From Escherichia coli (GTDB lineage Bacteria; Pseudomonadota; Gammaproteobacteria; Enterobacterales; Enterobacteriaceae), in assembly GCF_024298765.1 (NCBI RefSeq), contig NZ_CP101211.1: a stretch of DNA of 64,000 nucleotides, one strand, 5' to 3'. The translations under genes and the position numbers were made by a program. Numbering within the stretch: the stretch's first letter is position 1; the number at the start of each line of letters is the position of its first letter. A model generated the notes under the pieces. The model ran no database searches. It was not told where the DNA came from and saw only the letters and a list, made by a program, of their open reading frames with translations. Shown here piece by piece: positions 62,469 through 64,000 of this stretch.

Positions 62469-63524
62469 TTAATATTCCTTAAGGAGATCTCGAATTTCCA
62501 GAAGCTCTTCTAATTTTGGTTTAGAAACAATGATTGCTGTATTTTCGTCGTTAAGTAAAGACAATAAAATATTTAGCTTTTCATCATTCAAGATTATTTG
62601 AACACCATCATTGGAAAATATTACATTATTACTATTAACATTTTTGAACAAGTGTGCACTATCTCTACCAAATTTTAGTTCTGTTTGAGTATTCGTTATA
62701 GATTCCGTATGTGTACTTTCCACAAGCTCAAGAAATTCAGATTTTAGCCGTTCTGTTTTCTTATGCGAGAGGCGCTTAATACCCAAAGTCTTACGAGTGA
62801 CTGCCGAATTTTTCTTTTCTGGTCCGCCTTTATTTAAGGTGTCTGGTCCTGCTCCAGCTGCATTGTGTTCAGGTATGCCTACAATTTTGCTCGTTGTAGT
62901 CTCAATATTCTTAACGCCAGGTAAGAAACCTTCTATATGTTTTAAAACCATTTTGTGATCGTTGGAATATTTTAACATTATTTCAATGGCGAGCGTTTTT
63001 TTGATTAGATTTAGGCTAATCAAATGTTGAAGCTCTAATGGCATATCAAGGATTTTTAGCATATTACGAATTGCGGTAGTTGATCGTTGATATCGCATTG
63101 CTAGTTCTTCAACCGAATACCCGAGACTAACAGCATGAGCTAATGCATGAGCTTGCCCAACCGGATTTAGCCCATTGCTTCTGTTACCATCGAGGTTCTC
63201 AAGGTATTCTTCAATTTCGTTTTTATAATCGATTAGGATAACAGATAATTTTGGAATATTAGCACCTTCAGAAATTGCTAATTTTAAGCCATGAAAACGA
63301 GTATGACCTTGACGAACTAAATATTTACCTTTTCTTTTTACGACCTTGATCATATCAACCTGCCTTCCTTCCTTAAAGGCTTGTTTGATTGACACAATCA
63401 TCGACTTGACAGGTTCTTGTTCGTAACACAAATCTCCGATTACCGCCTCTCGGGGATTAAATCCCTTTTCAATTTCAACTAGATTAGTATCCACTTCAAT
63501 GACTGTATGTTTGCTGTTGTTCAT
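62469..63524 (-). CDS. ParB-like nuclease domain protein (351 aa)
   Basis: GFNPRE and YLVRQGHTRFHG ParB-box signatures. Confidence 0.75.
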   Translation of the reverse strand: MNNSKHTVIEVDTNLVEIEKGFNPREAVIGDLCYEQEPVKSMIVSIKQAFKEGRQVDMIKVVKRKGKYLVRQGHTRFHGLKLAISEGANIPKLSVILIDYKNEIEEYLENLDGNRSNGLNPVGQAHALAHAVSLGYSVEELAMRYQRSTTAIRNMLKILDMPLELQHLISLNLIKKTLAIEIMLKYSNDHKMVLKHIEGFLPGVKNIETTTSKIVGIPEHNAAGAGPDTLNKGGPEKKNSAVTRKTLGIKRLSHKKTERLKSEFLELVESTHTESITNTQTELKFGRDSAHLFKNVNSNNVIFSNDGVQIILNDEKLNILLSLLNDENTAIIVSKPKLEELLEIRDLLKEY

Positions 63525-63729
63525 ATCTTCCTCCTGTTTACTACATGATACATGAACCTCAAATTTGCCAAATAGGGCTGATACATCTAAAAGGTAAACT
63601 CAAAAAATTTGCTTAATAAAATTAAAATAAAAACTGTCTTGAATAAAACAATGATAGTAGACCCTCGTTCATTTCCGTTTGCGATCTGTAGATATTGTTA
63701 AAGGAGCGCTATTCCTTGTTTTATATGGA

Positions 63730-63960
63730 CTTATCATTGTTTTCAACAGGATAGATCAATTCTTTAGATCACTAAAGATCAATAGAGTTCAAGTAAAGAT
63801 CACGGCATCTTTAACTCATTGATTATAGTGACTTTATGAAAGGATCCGGCATTCGGATGCATGCGAAAAGCATTTGAATGAATAAGGAAGGCATTTACTG
63901 GAATGCTTATGGCATTTAGGTTAATGCGTAAAAAGCATTTGCAAGAATATGTTATAAACA
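63730..63960. repeat. GATC-rich (AGATCA x4) and GCATTT-repeat region
   Basis: four AGATCA within ~60 bp, then five GCATTT in ~90 bp; upstream of ParB-like gene. Confidence 0.4.
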
Positions 63961-64000
63961 GTTTGCCAAATGAAAATCTTATCACCGACGAGTTAAGTTA

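Overview
This window looks like an accessory, plasmid-type region of an enterobacterial replicon. It carries five insertion sequences (IS150, IS1, an IS903-like element, an IS66-family element and an IS3-family element), a RepFIB-like repA with flanking iterons, and a plasmid-type hok/mok killer locus. Most genes lie on the minus strand in short operons of uncharacterised proteins. Recognisable products include three ParB-like nuclease-domain proteins, four orphan DNA methyltransferases (one Dam-like), a PAPS-reductase-like (IbrA/DndC-like) 794-aa protein, an HNH nuclease, a HigB-like toxin and three paralogous ~800-aa secreted Ig-like proteins. The most striking non-coding signals are: (1) a 13-bp palindrome AAAAGT-W-ACTTTT at 13 intergenic sites, 12 of them 80-220 bp upstream of minus-strand gene starts; (2) a second conserved promoter-proximal element (GGTTATTAGCC on the coding strand); (3) a ~1.9-kb array of 81-bp tandem repeats carrying inverted iteron-like pairs next to repA, split by the IS3-family insertion. 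All protein identities rest on motifs and family sequences recalled from memory; no database search or alignment was run, and coordinates of non-coding features are hand-counted and may be off by a few bases.
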